Assembly (NCBI GenBank): GCA_031835245.2
Contig: JAVKOQ020000023.1
Coordinates: 124,001 to 188,000, forward strand
Length of the DNA: 64,000 nucleotides
DNA from: Balamuthia mandrillaris
Lineage: Eukaryota
Direction of reading: 5' to 3'
A program made the translations under genes and the position numbers. Shown here piece after piece: positions 49,785 to 62,155 of the stretch. The notes below the pieces were generated by a model, which was not told the DNA's origin, made no database searches, and saw nothing but the letters and a program-made list of their open reading frames with translations. Each line of letters opens with the position of its first letter. Positions within the stretch are counted from its first letter, which is position 1.

Positions 49785-51677
49785 ATGCGCATTACGATAC
49801 TCACGCTGTGTGCCTTGCTTGGCCTGTGGGCTTTGGCAGGGCAGGGGCAAGAGCTTGCGGCCGGATGGAGCAAAGCCCACGCCGACCTCCGCAACTCCAA
49901 TGTGCACCCCACCACTGGCGCCATTCGTTCCCTTGACAACACCGAGGTACTCCACTTCTTACTTGCTGTCCTGTCTCCCTTGGGCGATGGAAAACAGAAT
50001 ATATGTTAACCTTCGTTTACAGTTCGTGGTTCTGTTTGAAGAGGAGTGGGAAAACGGAGGGGCAGCCCACGACCAAGAAGGAAACAGCTACTTTCCCGCC
50101 ACGCACACTCTTTTCCAGCTCAACAAAGAGGGAGACTGGACCTCCGGCCCTTTGTCTACTGAAAAGCATTACGGCCATGCCGCGGTGACAGACAACGGCA
50201 AAGTGGTGGTCCTTTCGGAACATTCCCTGGACGTCTTCGACTTGGCCACTCAAACGAACATTACCACCAGCTGGGATACAATTGATTATGTCCTGCAGGG
50301 CTCCTCCGCTGTTGTTGGTTTGTCCCTCTCTGTTCTCTCTGTTCTCTCTCTCTCTCTCTCTCTCTTCTTTCTCTTGGTACATTGTTTAACAAAAAAACAA
50401 AAATAGTGGACGGATTGATCTACGTCCTCAACTCGGATGGAGAGATGATGGTCTTTGACTTTGACCTCCAACTGCAAGCCTTCAACAACGCCTCCAGGTA
50501 CTGGGACCAATCGACCTCTCTGGATTTCTGCACGCCCGCCACGGATGGCCAAGGCACCTTTTACTTCTTCACCGAGTCCGGTGATTCAGGTGTGGTGTTT
50601 GCCATCCGTTTCCCTGAGAACGAGCTTCTGTGGAACCGCTCCATGGCGGGGCTGGACCCTCTTCCTTCTCTGGGAACCTACCCAACGAAGGGTTCGCCTT
50701 CTCTCTCTGAAGATGGTACCCGCTTGTTTGTGGTGAGTAGCTGCTCTTATAATTCTCGCTTTGGGCAACTTCTCTCGGCTGAATAGGTTTTTTTTATTTG
50801 CAGCCTGTGGCCACAGGAGGAGTGGTAGCATTAGACACCAGCAACGGTGACTTGGTCTGGGCTACCGCCATTGCTGACCTTTCGGAAGGAAGTTATTTCT
50901 CTGGCAAACTGGTTCCCACCATCAGTCCTGTGGATGGGTAATTCTTGAACCTACTAATACACTGCTTGCTTGTTGTTTTCTAACTGACTTGAACTCCCAG
51001 GGCGATCATTACCCATTGGATTCAGCTACCCAACGATACGGTGGTGGTGGTAGGCTTGGACCCTGAAACAGGAGAGCAAGTTCATCTTCTCAAAACGTTA
51101 ACCAACAAGGGAGGCGACATCTTTTCCCCAGGAGCTGTCTCAGCGGATGGAGTGTATTACTTTTCCGTGTACGGGGTCATGGGAGCTGTGGACTTGGAGA
51201 GCTTCGAGCTGCTGTGGTACCGCGAGGAAGAGTATGGCGTGGACTTCCAATCCATTTCCATCGCTGCTGATGGAAGCGTCTACTTCCCGCTTGAGTGGGA
51301 CTCCATCGCTGTGTTGAGTGCGTTTCTTCTCTTTCTTTGCTTTGTGATCCTTTTCGTCGTTGGTGTTTATTTAGTTTGTTTCCATTGCGTTTTGTTGTGC
51401 AGGATGCAAGGATGGTTTTGCTTTGGATGGCAGTGGAACATGCAGCGAGAGTTGCGCCCACGCCAATGCTCGCTTCATCGGCAGGAACCTTTGTGGATAC
51501 GACTGCGGGGAGGAGGTGGCTGTGCTGTTCCCTTTGGAGGAGCCTGGTTGTGATGCTTGCCAAGAGAACGAGTTTTGGTCTTTGGAGGAGCTGGCCTGTG
51601 TGGATGCTTCCTCTTCTTCAGAGGATGGTGATGGTTCTGGCAGCAACCGCCTTCAATCCTCTTTATTACCCTTGTAA
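49785..51677 (+). CDS. Secreted/surface PQQ-like beta-propeller protein with a Cys-rich C-terminal segment
   Basis: Signal peptide MRITILTLCALLGLWALAGQG; WSKAHADLRNSN; propeller blades (TPATDGQGTFYF, SPSLSEDG, ALDTSNGDLVW, ISIAADGSVY); last exon CKDGFALDGSGTCSESC. Confidence 0.75.
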
Positions 51678-51895
51678 ATGGGTTTGGTTCCCTGTGGGAA
51701 AAACAGATAAAACAACCTTTTGCCCTGCACCTCTCGAAGGAACCCTACAATCTTTGTCCAAAGTTTTGTGGAAACCGGTGGTTCGTGTTCGTTTTAACTG
51801 AACAGAAAAAATTTATAAAGGAGAATAAGGGAGAGTGAAGGTTACACTGTACCGCAACCGTATCACAACTACTATAGACCTTATCTTCCAAAAAA

Positions 51896-53945
51896 ATGTG
51901 CGAGTTCATCAAAGAGTTTGGGGTGATTGACGGGGAGTACGATGAGATCGTCACCGCCCTCATCGCCCACTGCAAGCGGGACCAGGGGGAGTTCCACCCC
52001 TCCGAGCTCTACAACCGCCTGGAGGCCCGCAAACACGTCGACCAGGGCAAACGGCGCTCCCTCTTCAAGACCTTGAGCGACGGGGAGAGCTTTCGCCTGG
52101 CCCAAGCCCTGGTGGACAAGCTCAACGCGGTGGATGGCTGCCACAACTACTTCTTCCTGGTGCGCAACAACCTGACCTTCATCAAGTATGCGGAGGGGGA
52201 CTTCTTCTCCGCTCACGAGGACTTTCTCAGCCTCTCCTCCAACCTTCTGGAGGAGTTCACCCTCATCCTCTGCGTGGATGCCGACTGCGAGGGCGGGGAG
52301 ACGGTGTTCCACCTCAATCGCTTCTTCACGCACACCTCCAAGGCTTCCATCACCCCCAAGCATGCGGTCCTCTTCCGCAAGGACCTTTGTCATGAGGGCG
52401 CTCTCCTTCGTCGTGGCTACAAAGAGATCCTCACTTTCAACCTCTGGGCCACTCCCCGCAACAGCAAGAGCAAGAGCAAGAGCAAGAGCAACAACGGCAA
52501 AGAAGACGGAAAGGAAAGGTTGGTGGTGGCCTCCTTCGAGGGGTCGGAGGGACAGGTGTACGTCATGCCTCTGTCCAACGTGATGGCGTTTGAGAACAAG
52601 ATGGCAGGCTACATTCGCTTCCGAGGCTTGGAGGAGGGAAGGCAGCCGATCATCAACATCCACTTTGGTGGGGAGGAGGAAGAGGAGAGCATGGGCATCA
52701 CCCATGAAAGCTTTGACACCATTTACAGGATCATGATGAGGATGTACGTGCCTCAACACCAGATGGACTGGCAGCTGGTGGACTACTTCAACATCGATCC
52801 CAAGAACGTGTTGTTGGATGTCACTGTCCTTTCTTCTTCTGCTGCTGCTGACGCTTGCGCTTCTTCTGATACTGGCTCATCGTCATCGAGTATGGAACTT
52901 CCGACTGTAGAAGAACTGAAGCTGCGACCCTTCCTTAATGCAAGCGCGAAGGAAGAAGATGAAGAAGAAGATGAAGAAGAAACTCGTCTACATAAACGGC
53001 ACCGGGCCGTAGATGACCAGAAGACCACCAAGCCAGATAACGCCACCTTCTCCGTTCCTACCGCCACCAAAGCCCTGTTGGACCTGCAAGACGACATTCT
53101 GTTGGTGCCAACTCCTGAGATGGTAGAATATATTTGCTCCAGCTGCGTGGCTCCCAATCATCTTCCTTTCTTGCCCTTCCTCACTGTCTGGGTGGAAGGG
53201 AGCTATGGCTATGGAGGAGGCATGGCCGACACCCCTCCTCACTTTTTAGACATGCAACCCGTCTTTGCCAGCTTCGGCCAATCTCATAATCTCCTTCAAA
53301 GAACTCCGCTCGCTACCAAGGTCCAGTCCCTCGTTATGGCACTGTAGTGACAACAATCTTTGGAGCGTGGTGGAAGCCGATGAGCATCTCTACTCGGCTG
53401 AACACGTGCCACATCCTACTCCTGTGACGCTTCAAGACGCCAAGCTTACGGAAGAGCAGAAAGAATTGCTTGCAAATGGATCACTTCCCTACTGCGAAGA
53501 TGGGAAAACGCTGTTTCTCTGTGGCGATGACCTTCGTTGGAGGAGCGGAGAGTTTCATTACGGACTGGAGGTGGCTTGCCCCAAGCTGAACACCAGCCTC
53601 TTGATGCGCATGCTCATGGTCCATCACTACAACGACACAAGGTTGAGCGATGGCACTTTGTTGATGAGAGGTGTGGTTCCCGGCACTATCTTCCAGGGTC
53701 CGTTTTACAACCTGGACAAAGAAGGCAGAACTTACCTTTCGGAGAAGCATCATTTCCAGGCTGCCTTGCAACGTTTGGACGGTCTGCATTTCTTTGATAG
53801 CCTGCTTGCAAAGTTGGCAAACGGCGAGGCCAAGAGCCTAAACTTCCCGCAGGCAAAACATAGCTTCTCTCAAAACTTTTGCAACGAGGATGTTTATGCT
53901 GCTCTCAAAATCACGCTCATCTGCGGTTTCCTCCGCATGGTCTGA
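51896..53945 (+). CDS. 2OG-Fe(II) oxygenase-domain protein with a reading-frame break near 53300
   Basis: FIKYAEGDFFSAHED (HxD), EGGETVF and LFRKDLCHEG..GYKEIL; ORF 51896-53347 overlaps ORF 53265-53945 in the +1 frame; no typical introns. Confidence 0.78.
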
Positions 53946-53998
53946 AAAAAAACAAAACACAACCTCTTGTCTTTCTTCTTAGCGGCAAAAAATTTTAC

Positions 53999-54085
53999 GT
54001 CGACAGCATTTCGTTGTACGTCGACACGATAGGTATAATGTCGACACAAAGTGAAACCACGCGCGCATAATATGTCGACACAAAT
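53999..54085. repeat. Array of four GTCGACA motifs
   Basis: GTCGAC begins at 53999, 54020, 54040 and 54074. Confidence 0.8.
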
Positions 54086-54457
54086 CAACCACAAATAAAA
54101 TGAAAAGTTAGACGTCATCGCGCCGCCGCCAGAATGAAGGACGAAATGCAAGGAAAAACCCGCACAAGAGTAGAGACATACACATACACACACACACCAA
54201 AGCTTTGACCGAAAGGAAAAAGGAGAAAATATCACAGTGACACCGTAATCTGCCTTTGCTCCAAGCCTGCGGTGGTCACAGATACATTGGTCTGGTGTTT
54301 GGACAAAGGACGATAATATATTGGTTGTGTGTTCTTTCTCGTTTTTTGGGTGACGGACAGCGGCAGAGCTTTGCTGTACTGGGCGGCAATAAAAAGTAAC
54401 GTGACATAGGAGAAGAAGAACAACAAGCAAGATCTAGAACAAGAACAAGGAAAAAAA

Positions 54458-56215
54458 ATGTGGCGGTGGATCGAAGTGACGCTGTTGGGCTCTGCTCGGT
54501 TGTTGTTTTGGATGGCGTTGCACCTGTGGGTGGCTCTGCGGCTGGTCTTCCTATTCTGGCCGTTAGCCCTCTGGGACCGTGTTACTCGTTTTGAACAGGT
54601 CCGTTTTTCTTCCTTTTGGTTACTTTTGAGGCTAATTTTGTTTCATCTGTCTTTTTGCTTCTTCTTTTTTTTTTCCACGGGGGTACAGAGAAGAAAGAGA
54701 CTGCCAAGGCTCGTCGTGGTGGGAGGCGGCTTCGCCGGAGCCTACGTTGCCAACTCTTTGCAACGAGAGTTCCAGGTGACCCTTATCGACACCAAGCCCT
54801 ACTTTGAGTTCACGCCCAGCGTGCTGCGCACGGTGGTGCAACCTTCCCTTCTGCCCGGCCTTCGCATTCCTCACTCCCGTTACCTGCGTGGCGCCACCGT
54901 CTCCTGTGATACTGTCTCTTCTCCTTGTTCTTCTCCTTCCTTTTCTTCTTTCTCCTCCTCTTTTACCTCTCCACCACCACCAACTATGACTCGAACGACA
55001 CTTCCTACTGACTACACAACCTCCCGAGAAAGAGGAGATGAAGGCGAAGAAGATTTCTCCTCCAACAGTGGAGCACCCTTGATCCACATAGGGACGGTGA
55101 CCGAGGTGCGCAGCAACCCCAACGAAGTGATCACCTCCACTGGCCAAACCTTTCCCTACGACTACCTGGCCCTCTGCACCGGCACTAGCTACAAGGCGCT
55201 GTGGCAAGGGGTGGGGATCTTTTCAGCAGGAAGCGGGGAGGGTTTGGTAGGACGCAACGCTCATGTCGATCTGGCAAGGGCGCAGGACGTGTTGATCGTT
55301 GGTGGCGGTTTGGTTGGAGTGGAACTGGCGGCAGAGATCCTGCATCATTTCGAGGAGCATCAACAACAAGAGGAGAAGAAGCAGAAACAATTGCAAAGAC
55401 AGGAAGAAGGAAAAAGGCAGAGGCGAGTGACGATAGCGCAAGCAGGAGCGCTGTTGGGAAGGATGGATGAGAAGGCGAGCAAGTACGCGACGGCTTATTT
55501 GGAAGAGAAAGGGGTCAAATGGCTTCATGAAGGCATTCAGAGCAATCCTTCGGTTGGAGAGTTTGTTACGACCGAAGGCAAAAGGGTGAAAGCGGATGTT
55601 ACCTTTTGCTGCGTCGGTGGAACTCCTAACTCCTTTTTCTTACGTTCCCCTTGTGCGCTTTCGGTGCGACTGGAAGGAGAAAAGGAAGCAAGAGAAGGAA
55701 GACAAAGAGACAACTTCAAAGACAGACTAAAAGGCAAAGGATGGATTCGAGTGAACGAGTACTTGCAGTTGGAGGGAGAGGAGCGCATCTTTGTTGCAGG
55801 AGATGTGACGGCGGTGGATGAAGAGAAGTTGGCTCAGTCCTGTGAAACGGCAGCGGCGGTTGTAGTGCACAACCTGCGGCGGCTGATGAAACAGGACAGA
55901 GAACAACTCAAGGGCACGAAACTGAACATGACACCAGCGATGAACGAAACTACTAGTGTGAAGCAAGGAAGAGCCACAGAACGTTGCGGAGGAGGAGGTG
56001 GCGGCAATCTCGAAAAGCTGAAAGAGAAAGACAAACTGGAACAAAGAGCGTGGCAGGCCGGTTGGGCCAAGTACCAGCCTCGTCCGCGGATCATGGTGGT
56101 CAGCCTGGGACCCTATCGCGGCATTGTACAGTGGGGGGCCTGGTCCTGGTGCGGCTTTCTTCCCGCTCTCCTCAAAGAGGTGGTCGAGTGGAAGTGGCGT
56201 TTCCAGTACGCATAA
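54458..56215 (+). CDS. FAD/NAD(P)H oxidoreductase, AIFM2/FSP1 (AMID) family, with an N-terminal hydrophobic anchor
   Basis: RLVVVGGGFAG, FEFTPSVLR, YDYLALCTG, VLIVGGGLVGVELAAE, IFVAGD and VVSLGP; a probable short intron near 54600-54690. Confidence 0.88.
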   Translation: MWRWIEVTLLGSARLLFWMALHLWVALRLVFLFWPLALWDRVTRFEQVRFSSFWLLLRLILFHLSFCFFFFFSTGVQRRKRLPRLVVVGGGFAGAYVANSLQREFQVTLIDTKPYFEFTPSVLRTVVQPSLLPGLRIPHSRYLRGATVSCDTVSSPCSSPSFSSFSSSFTSPPPPTMTRTTLPTDYTTSRERGDEGEEDFSSNSGAPLIHIGTVTEVRSNPNEVITSTGQTFPYDYLALCTGTSYKALWQGVGIFSAGSGEGLVGRNAHVDLARAQDVLIVGGGLVGVELAAEILHHFEEHQQQEEKKQKQLQRQEEGKRQRRVTIAQAGALLGRMDEKASKYATAYLEEKGVKWLHEGIQSNPSVGEFVTTEGKRVKADVTFCCVGGTPNSFFLRSPCALSVRLEGEKEAREGRQRDNFKDRLKGKGWIRVNEYLQLEGEERIFVAGDVTAVDEEKLAQSCETAAAVVVHNLRRLMKQDREQLKGTKLNMTPAMNETTSVKQGRATERCGGGGGGNLEKLKEKDKLEQRAWQAGWAKYQPRPRIMVVSLGPYRGIVQWGAWSWCGFLPALLKEVVEWKWRFQYA

Positions 56216-56220
56216 CACTT

Positions 56221-56302
56221 GTCTACAAAAAACAGTGCGTCTACAAAAACCCGTTTGTCTACAAAAACTATTGTGTCCACAAAAAATGAGTTAAATGTCG
56301 AC
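56221..56302 (+). repeat. 18-bp-period array of GTC(T/C)ACAAAAA with variable 7-nt linkers
   Basis: Units start at 56221, 56239, 56257 and 56275, with a terminal GTCGAC at 56297. Confidence 0.85.
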
Positions 56303-56533
56303 TCTCAAAAAAAAAAAGGCGGGAAAACACCAGAGGAAACCGTGTTGGGTAGATGCGTGGCGGCAGGCAGAGTTTGGTTTACAGGAGGCGAATAGGAAAT
56401 GTGAGTTGACACGCGTGGCTGACTTGGAAACGTTCCTCCGTCACTTGTGCTGCTACTTGCTCGCTACACTTTTTTTTTTTGTTCTTTGTCATGACAAAAA
56501 ATTTAAAAAAAAAAACGTAGCAGCTGATCAGGA

Positions 56534-59500
56534 ATGGCACAAACGCTGGGGAGCGTGATCTTTGTGGACGTGGAAGTCAAAGGTACGCACCGGGTGGTGG
56601 TGGTGGTGGTGGTGGTGGTGGTGGTGGTGGTGGTGGTGGTGGTGTGGTGGTGTGGTGGTGGTGGTGGTGGTGGTGGGGGTGGCATCGGTGAAATTCAGAC
56701 TGCTTACCATCGGAAACCATTGGCATGGACGTTAAAACCAAAATAGGCTTGTTGGTCGAGTCGGTTCATCACCAGCAGCAGCACTCCACGCGCGCGGTCG
56801 TTCAGGTCAGACACGGTGCTGTGCTGTGCTTGCACTGTGCGCTGCATGTGCTTCGAGATGACAAGCACCTGAGCGTGCGCAAGAAAGCCATTGCGTCCGA
56901 GATGCTTCAAGTACCCTTCACCTCCTTTTGCTTTCTATGTCCTGACCACTTGGACCAACGCTTCCGGTTCACCAAACACGTCGAATTAGATATTTTACTT
57001 TTTGAACGTTCTTCCAGAATCCCTCATTCAAACTGGTTTCGTTGAAGAGTTCTTTGAGTCTAGTGTTCCAAGTAGGTTCCATTTTATGCTCCCCTGTTTA
57101 GCTGCTTTGTGGGTGAGTTTAACATAACGGTTGTCATCATAGTGTATGCGACTCAGGATTTGCCACTTGTAGAGAAGCTGCTGGATCTGGCTTTGTTACT
57201 CGCTCCTTACCTCCACTCTTTTCACGGGTTCTTGAGAGCTGCCAACATTCAGGTTCAGTATTTTCGTTTGTTTTGTCTTGTCGTTGCTTTCTGTCGTTGG
57301 GGTTCTGTTTGTTCGCCAATACATTATTCTTTTTTGGTTTAATTTATTTATTGTTAGTCTGTTCAAGGTTGTGCTAAAGAAGAATGCTTCACTGTTTGTT
57401 CATGCAGATGCGTTCTGGCGGATGGGTGGAGAATAAAAACCTTCTCATCCTTCTTGGTCGTCTATTGTACGATTCTCAGTTTGCGGCAGCGTTCGTTGCT
57501 ACTCAGGGTGCCTTTGTTGATGTGCTGTTGGCTGGGATGGAATTTCCCAATGAAGGTTCGTTCTTAGCATCGCTATCATAAAGCTGTAATACAAACGGCT
57601 GACATTCATAAATGCTCAACAGATGTGCAGACTTCTATCTCATATGTAAGCTCTCTTCCTCTCTTTCTTTCTTCCTTTCTCTCTCTCTCTCTCTGGTTTT
57701 CTCCTCGTTCGCTCTTCTTTCCTCTCCCTGAGACAAACATCCACTCTCCTTTAAAGATCATCCTGCGATTGGCGTCGATTGAATCAGGAAGGGATATGAT
57801 CCTTCGACATTCCACGATAGCAGATAAATTGACATGCTCTTTTGCTGCTGCCCAAGGACAACATCTTCAGACAAATATTCTTGGTTTGCTCTCTTATTTC
57901 TTATCCGATTTGTTTTAATCCTTAGTATTATCCTCCTTCAGCCATCTTCAACTCTTTGGTAGGCGAAGAACGTTTTATGAGGCAAGTTTCGCCAAAAGAG
58001 CTCGCGAAAGCGTTTAAGCCTCGCATCTTATGTAGCACAGATGTGGTCCAATCTGCCTGCATTCAGCTAATTGGAAAGTTTGCAAGCCACCCAACAATTG
58101 CCGAAGTGTTTTTGGCGGAAGACTTTGCAGGTACGTTGCATGGCGAAGAACTGTTTGAAGTACAAGCTTAAAATCACTCTCATTCCGTTTCCTTCTGTTT
58201 AACCATAGCATTTTTATTTGAGTCAATGATGGGAGCTTCCGAAAGGTTGCTTTGGTCAGTCTTGCGCAGCTTGATATCGCTCTCCAATTCAGTCAATTTT
58301 TCTCAGTATGCAGAGCTAGGTATCCATACTCGCTGCGCGTCTCTTTACCGCTCCAACTAATCTACAGCCACACTCTCAATTGCAGGACTGGAGAGTTTAC
58401 AGGGCATCGTTATCAAAATTGTTGCGGAGCAGAACGAAGCTCTCACGGAGGTAATCTTTTGTTTGTTGATAAATTTATTGCAGGCTGTCAACTCGAACAA
58501 CCAAGCCATTGCCGATATGGCGTGCCAAGCAACCTTGAAAGTTTTGACAAAGGAACAAGTCCCAAACGAGCAAATCCTGTGTTTGAGCTGCGAAGCACTG
58601 CAGTATGCATTTTCTTGTACGTGGATCTTTTACACTCTCTTCTACTCGCTCAACTCTACCCTTTTTGCTGATTGTACAAAACAGCAAACTTTCAAATCAA
58701 TAGACTTGATATGAGAAGGCATTCAATGATGAGTGCAATCGCTGTACTTGAGTCGGTTCACTTTCAAGATAAGCAACGACAAAAGGTATTTCCAACCTTA
58801 AAGTGAGGTGTAGCATTGGTACTAACCACTTGTAAAAATGAAACAGGATTACTTCGCTTTTCTTCTGGCTGCGATGAACAATCTTATACAGAGTGATGAA
58901 GAACATAGAGAGGACTTAGCTGGCGCTTTCATTCACATCATAATTCCTTTTCTGAGGAAGTTACAGCAACAAGACGAACTGCTTCCAGTATCTACCTGTA
59001 GTATTTTTTGCGAAGTGGGAGCTACGTTTCTCGCATCGAGCCATGACAACCGTTTTCTCGATTTATTAGGTAACTTACTTGCTTGCTTTATACAGTGCTT
59101 ATACAGTCTATCTTACCGTTATTGTTTTTAGTTTTGAAAAATCCTTTTTCTCTGTATCTATGGCTAGCATCTGCTGCATTCCGCGGCGCAGTACAACCTT
59201 CAGTAAAAGAGGAAAGCAGTATTCATCGCTTTTTGCATGAGCTTCTGGCTAAACTTTTACCAACGAGTTATTCCAAGCTTTCTCGCATCATTATGGCCTC
59301 TGTCCATGAGCTTCCTGGTACCTTTTCTTCGGCTTCGTATTTTGTTTTCTCGTTAACCTTCACTAATTCTGTTCCCGTTTTCTTTTTGTTCCCATTTTTC
59401 TTGTCTGTCGGTACTTTCAACCTTCACTAGCGGCTGCTGCAGAGATGTTATTTTGGCTCAAGGATAAAACTTCAGCCATACTTGACGTGCATCTTACCAT

Positions 59501-61874
59501 TATTGCCACTCTGTACTATGCTCTCCTCCACTCCGATATGTATGTAGCCTCTTTCGTTCTCGTTTGTTCAATCTAATGCCCTAAGACTCCTCATTCAGAA
59601 TCGTGGAACCAGGCGCTGAAATGCTCTCAGCGATGGAAGCCTTTATCACGCATCATTCGCTCGCGCTGTCACAACTCCCTATTCTCACTTTACAACATCT
59701 TTGCTTCCTGCATGTGGTATTAAACTTGACTGTTCCTACAGTGTTTTCACAGACAAATATTAACTATTGTTCTCTTGTGGACAGATATGCGTACAGAAAC
59801 TAGGTGGAAGAACAACCAATTATGCTCAAGAACACCACCTCATTCGAGCTGTGCTCCAAAACGGCTCCATGTTTTATCAACCGCCTCTTGCCTTGGTGCG
59901 ATGGATGTGGTGCCATGAAAAACTTTTTGAGTATAACCAACGAATGGTACGCTAAGCTCTTCCGATACTGCTTCTTCAAAATCATAACTTAAGGGTTCAA
60001 AAAAAAAAAAGGTGGTAGAGGCGTTGACGCAAGGGCGCACAGATGAAAAGGCATTAGAACACTATACTGCATTCATATCCAAAGATGTACATGCCATTAA
60101 AGTTCTGATGGTAGGTCATCCATGCCATGAGCAGTTCCTTCTTCCGCAATTAACGATTCCCGTTGTTTATTTTTCACAAGTCGTTGTTTGCTGCCGCAGA
60201 GCAACACTTATTAGAGCCATTGCTTCAACTTATTGTTCATTGCATTGAGCTTTGCGAGAGCGATATTGTCACATTTCATTCCTTTCAACTATTGAATGAA
60301 CTTCAAAGGAAGCTTATGACATCTTCGGACTCCTTCAGTTTATTATCGTTGGAGTTGGCAACCTTTGTGGCAACTAAATGTTTGGAAGCAGTTCCACTCC
60401 TCACATCTACAGCTTGTACATGCTATCATATCGGACGCATGTTGCTGCAGTACCTATCTCCAGTGTTGGGAATTTTTCCTTTCATTAATCTAATGCTTTT
60501 GTGATGTATGAAACAGAGCCTGCAACCGAACCGAGAAGGTTTCTGTCATACGTTACGAAGCGTTGGTATTGGAAATACTCAATTTTTCCACCTTACTGTT
60601 CCACCTGTGTTGTGTTGGTTCGATTCGTGAAGGTTCTTTTTACTCGTTTTGTTCTTGTTGTTCTTGTTTTTCTCCTTCTAAAGGCTTTTTTTGTCAAAAG
60701 TTTTGCGGAGTATGCTATCCAATGAAAGTGAATATTTTAAAGTCATTCGGCTTATTCTGGAGTGTTCTTCTCCATCTGTTGCGGACAAGAAGCGACGTCA
60801 TTCGTCATCGGAGTTCCACTCACATTTAAGCAACGCTGCTCTTTCCTTATACCTCCGGTTCCTACATTGTGACGAAGATAAATTGATGTCGTACTCGCGA
60901 TTGAGTCTTGATACCTTGAAAGGAGCCCTTCGAAGTCGATCTCCACTTTCAAAGGTTCTGGCTAGCCACTGTTTGATAGAACACGTGCATTATTCGGTTA
61001 CATTATCAGTACGCATTTACATTTTCTTTGTTATGTTTTCCACTGAAGTAACTTTTGTTGTTTTTGAAGGATGCAGAGCTTTCTGCACTAACAGTGATGG
61101 CGCAAAACAATTGCATGGAGCTTGAGGAAATGGTGAGAATGGCCAGCGTTCACCTCTTGACAGCATTATTTGAGCGTTGCACAAAACAAACGCATTCACT
61201 TCACCAGAACTGCGTATCTTCTGCTCCTTGGTCCCGATTTATCGCCGAGTCCATCCTTGCAACTCTCCTTATGTCTACAGAACCCAACAAATCCATCGAT
61301 ATTTCTCACATCAACTTCTTGTCACTGGTTAGTTTTCTTTTCTTTTATTTTTTATTTTATTTTTTTTTGCTGTTTCTTATAACATGGATGGATATGCATT
61401 TTACAGATGCTACGCCAAAAACAACCTTGGATGGAGGAGGTGCTCCTTCCAAGCGGAGCAGATAAATTCTTGAGAGCCCTGCTTCTAGTGTTCGCCACCA
61501 CGGATCACTTAGCAGAACCTTTCCTAGCTTTCTTTGAGGCACTGATAATGGCTGATCCTCCTTTCATGTTTCCTGTTGGGTTTCAAAGATCGTTGGAACA
61601 GGCTCTCGTCAAGCTGCAAAAAGAACTCACAACGTTAATGGTGCCAGCAGACAACGCAAACAAGGAACTAAGAGAGCGTCAGCCTTCTTGGATGTAAGCC
61701 TTTATCTTTCACTTCTTCTTCCGTTGCTGTTTCTGCTTCCTTTAGTCTCTTGCTTTATCATTCTTCAAAACTAAAGTAAAGAAAACTAAACAGAAAAATA
61801 GGAATGGTGATTGTAGCAAAGTATCCCGGATTCGAGTATGGGCAGGGCCTCCATTCCCTCGCGAACACAGATAG
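56534..61874 (+). CDS. MEI1: Meiosis inhibitor 1 / PRD1-like ARM-repeat protein (many exons)
   Basis: HQQQHSTRAVVQVRHGAVLCLHCALHVLRDDKHLSVRKKAI matches the MEI1/PRD1 N-terminal H...CLxC...VRKK signature as recalled; long helical exons follow. 3' end approximate. Confidence 0.72.
56593..56682 (+). repeat. (GGT)n microsatellite in MEI1 intron 1
   Basis: Directly visible between the GTACGC donor and the AATAG acceptor. Confidence 0.9.
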
Positions 61875-62155
61875 GCTTCGCATCGCCAAGAAAATTCAAA
61901 CGTTGAAAGAAATGCTCTTGTCCTGCAAGCGATAAAGGTTTACTGGCCGACAAAAAGTTTCTTGTTTTCTTTCTAATAGATATCGTAGCGATAATGGGGT
62001 TCAATGTTGCCCGCCAACTAGAAGCCTTCAATATCTCATCGGTAAACTTTGAGAGCACAAGGACGACAATGTGGAATTGTGCCCGCCACTTCTCCACCGC
62101 CACCAACATCGGCAGTCTCCCCCTCCTTTGCAACCTTGGCCTCCTCTCCCTCCAG

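Noticed and set aside
51881..52759. Long antisense ORFs (also 12473-13444, 21431-22480, 63222-63944)
   Set aside because: They are shadows of GC-rich coding sequence on the opposite strand, with no independent motifs.
56221..56302. Repeat-spacer-like array considered as a mini CRISPR
   Set aside because: The 11-bp repeats and 7-nt linkers are far too short, there are no cas genes and the context is eukaryotic; kept only as a motif array.
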